A stretch of DNA of 64,000 nucleotides from assembly GCA_000388065.2 (NCBI GenBank), contig KB932209.1. One strand, 5' to 3'. Shown piece after piece: positions 61,640 to 64,000 of the stretch (its first letter is position 1; every line of letters starts with the position of its first letter). Source of the stretch: Fonticula alba ATCC 38817. Taxonomy: Eukaryota > Protista > Nucleariida. The position numbers were made by a program, and so were the translations under genes. A model generated the notes under the pieces. The model did no database searches. It saw only the letters and a program-made list of their open reading frames with translations, and was not told the DNA's origin.

Positions 61640-64000
61640 TGCCACGCGCACCCACACGCCGGGAGGGGGACCGAGGCCGGAGCCGATCGTGTAAGACCCG
61701 TAGACACGCACACATGGCCATGGCCGGGACTGCGTGCGCGCATGCGCGGCCGAATCCCCGGCGCCCGGCCCCGCCACCCGGCGTGCCTGGGGCAGGATCG
61801 TGGAGGCGCGGGTGCCACCTCAATCGGCCCATCGATTAATGATCACCCGGTTCCGGGTGAGTCAAGTGCATTCCCCCGGAGCGCATTCGCGCGCTTCGGC
61901 GAGCCGGGAGACCCCGCAAGGGGCGCGCCGATGCGCCGAAATCAGCTCCGTCGAACAACGTGGCTGCACTCGGCGCGTCCGGGCGCCCCCGCTCCTCTCG
62001 GTGCTGCGGGGAAACCCCCGGCGGTCCGGGCCCGCTCTGCCCCACAATCTCTCCCCCCCCCCGCTCCGAAGGTGGGCACTCAGGGGCCGGCTCCTCGGAC
62101 GGCCGACACGTCGCCGCTGCCACTGCCGTGGCCGCTGCCCCCTCCGGTGCATATGAGCCCGACGGGGCTTTCTCGAAAGCTCGCCCTGCTTGGCCGACCG
62201 TTCCCCCCCCCCCNNNNNNNNNNNNNNNNNNNNNNNNNNNNNNNNNNNNNNNNNNNNNNNNNNNNNNNNNNNNNNNNNNNNNNNNNNNNNNNNNNNNNNN
62301 NNNNNNNNNNNNNNNNNNNNNNNNNNNNNNNNNNNNNNNNNNNNNNNNNNNNNNNNNNNNNNNNNNNNNNNNNNNNNNNNNNNNNNNNNNNNNNNNNNNN
62401 NNNNNNNNNNNNNNNNNNNNNNNNNNNNNNNNNNNNNNNNNNNNNNNNNNNNNNNNNNNNNNNNNNNNNNNNNNNNNNNNNNNNNNNNNNNNNNNNNNNN
62501 NNNNNNNNNNNNNNNNNNNNNNNNNNNNNNNNNNNNNNNNNNNNNNNNNNNNNNNNNNNNNNNNNNNNNNNNNNNNNNNNNNNNNNNNNNNNNNNNNNNN
62601 NNNNNNNNNNNNNNNNNNNNNNNNNNNNNNNNNNNNNNNNNNNNNNNNNNNNNNNNNNNNNNNNNNNNNNNNNNNNNNNNNNNNNNNNNNNNNNNNNNNN
62701 NNNNNNNNNNNNNNNNNNNNNNNNNNNNNNNNNNNNNNNNNNNNNNNNNNNNNNNNNNNNNNNNNNNNNNNNNNNNNNNNNNNNNNNNNNNNNNNNNNNN
62801 NNNNNNNNNNNNNNNNNNNNNNNNNNNNNNNNNNNNNNNNNNNNNNNNNNNNNNNNNNNNNNNNNNNNNNNNNNNNNNNNNNNNNNNNNNNNNNNNNNNN
62901 NNNNNNNNNNNNNNNNNNNNNNNNNNNNNNNNNNNNNNNNNNNNNNNNNNNNNNNNNNNNNNNNNNNNNNNNNNNNNNNNNNNNNNNNNNNNNNNNNNNN
63001 NNNNNNNNNNNNNNNNNNNNNNNTGCCCCAACCTCTCCTGTGCCAGCGCTTGCGCGCGAATGTGGACAACCCTTTGTAGCTCGCTGTCGTGGTGTAATCT
63101 CCCTCCTTTGTGTGCATGGGGGGGGGAGGGGCAAAGGGCAGGAGGAGGCGCCCAGCCTCGGCCGAGCAGGGCTCGAGGCCCAGGCGCGCCGGGCCGCCAA
63201 CCGGGCGCCCAGGGATGGCCTCACAAACAAACGCCCATCCGGGTCCTGGCCTTCGCTCATGTGCACGAGCCTCCAGACACATGCACGCACACATATATGC
63301 ACACACACACACACACACCGGCACACCACTGGCCGCTCATTTGTTGTCATGTATACCCCAAACCCACATCACGAGGGGGATATTCGGCCGGCCAGCGGCC
63401 GGCGGCCAAACCCACACGCGCAGGCGCGCACACACCGCTCGACCGTATCTGGGCAGTGGCGGCGCGGCGCGGCGTGGGCCCGGGGTTTTCCCCCCCTCCC
63501 GGCGCCGAGCGGTTGGCTTGTTCCTGGGGTAGGGATGGCGCTGCAGGCGAAGAGGCGGACCCTGGGGCCACGCCGGCGGCCCGCGGCGCGGTGGCCCCAA
63601 CGAAGTCCACCTAGTGGCCCTTTGCGCAATGGCCCGTCGGCTGGCCGGGGCCGGCATGGGGTGTGATACGTGTGTTGTGGCGGTGGGCATGTGGGTGTGT
63701 CTGTGTGTCTGGGCAAGCAGGCACCCTCACCCACACGCCCCCACACACGACACCGCCACCCAGGGGAACTACACCGACGGGTGCCTTATTATGGGGCCGG
63801 GCGGCCACGCCGCGCAACGCAGGCCCCCAACTCGCCCGAGACGACGGCGCCAGCGCGCCTGCTGCCGGACGGGCGCGCATCCGGACAATTGTGGGTGAGG
63901 TCGGCCTGCGTCGTCGGTGGCGAGCCCAACCGGGGGCCGGCAGGGGCGGGGGGGGGGGGGGGGGGGGGGGGGGGGGCGGCGGGCGAGGAGGAGGCCCGGG

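Larger units (their letters stand above)
16501..63023. other. Eight scaffold N-gaps (16501-16510, 19218-19448, 20188-20535, 24066-24603, 31937-32021, 46551-46945, 50275-50284, 62214-63023)
   Basis: Runs of n in the sequence, most of them abutting poly-C or poly-G tracts. Confidence 0.99.

Noticed and set aside
60400-64000. ORFs in the last 4 kb
   Set aside because: Dominated by microsatellites, G-runs and an 810-bp gap; only weak coding hints, so no CDS called.

Overview
Eukaryotic, very GC-rich, intron-rich genomic DNA from a draft scaffold with 8 N-gaps. Short introns have GTACGT/GTGCGT/GTATGT donors and poly-C tracts. The style and gene set suggest a unicellular opisthokont such as the nucleariid-line amoeba Fonticula (inference, not verified). 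About 11-12 spliced protein-coding genes are supported, in order: RA-domain + ArfGAP protein (-, runs off the left edge), glutaryl-CoA dehydrogenase (+), a mitochondrial helical-repeat/PPR-like protein (-), MCM8 (-), an OTUD6-like deubiquitinase (+), pyruvate kinase (-), major vault protein (+), COG1 (+), a leishmanolysin/GP63-family metalloprotease (+), crooked-neck/CLF1 (+), and a large Pro/Gln-rich plus ZFC3H1/Red1-like locus (+). Most of the hundreds of listed ORFs are GC-rich antisense or intronic noise. Most interesting: an ArfGAP whose catalytic arginine finger is replaced by Met; a receptor-like leishmanolysin with a transmembrane helix and ~700-aa cytoplasmic tail; a full vault protein gene with a large loop insertion; a ZFC3H1/Red1-type zinc-finger/HAT scaffold; and an unexplained lower-GC island at 58.7-59.9 kb. 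Two local assembly artefacts are visible: Illumina adapter sequence at 34.8/35.15 kb and pyruvate-kinase fragments pasted at a gap edge at 19.45 kb. No rRNA, tRNA, CRISPR array or intact mobile element was recognised.
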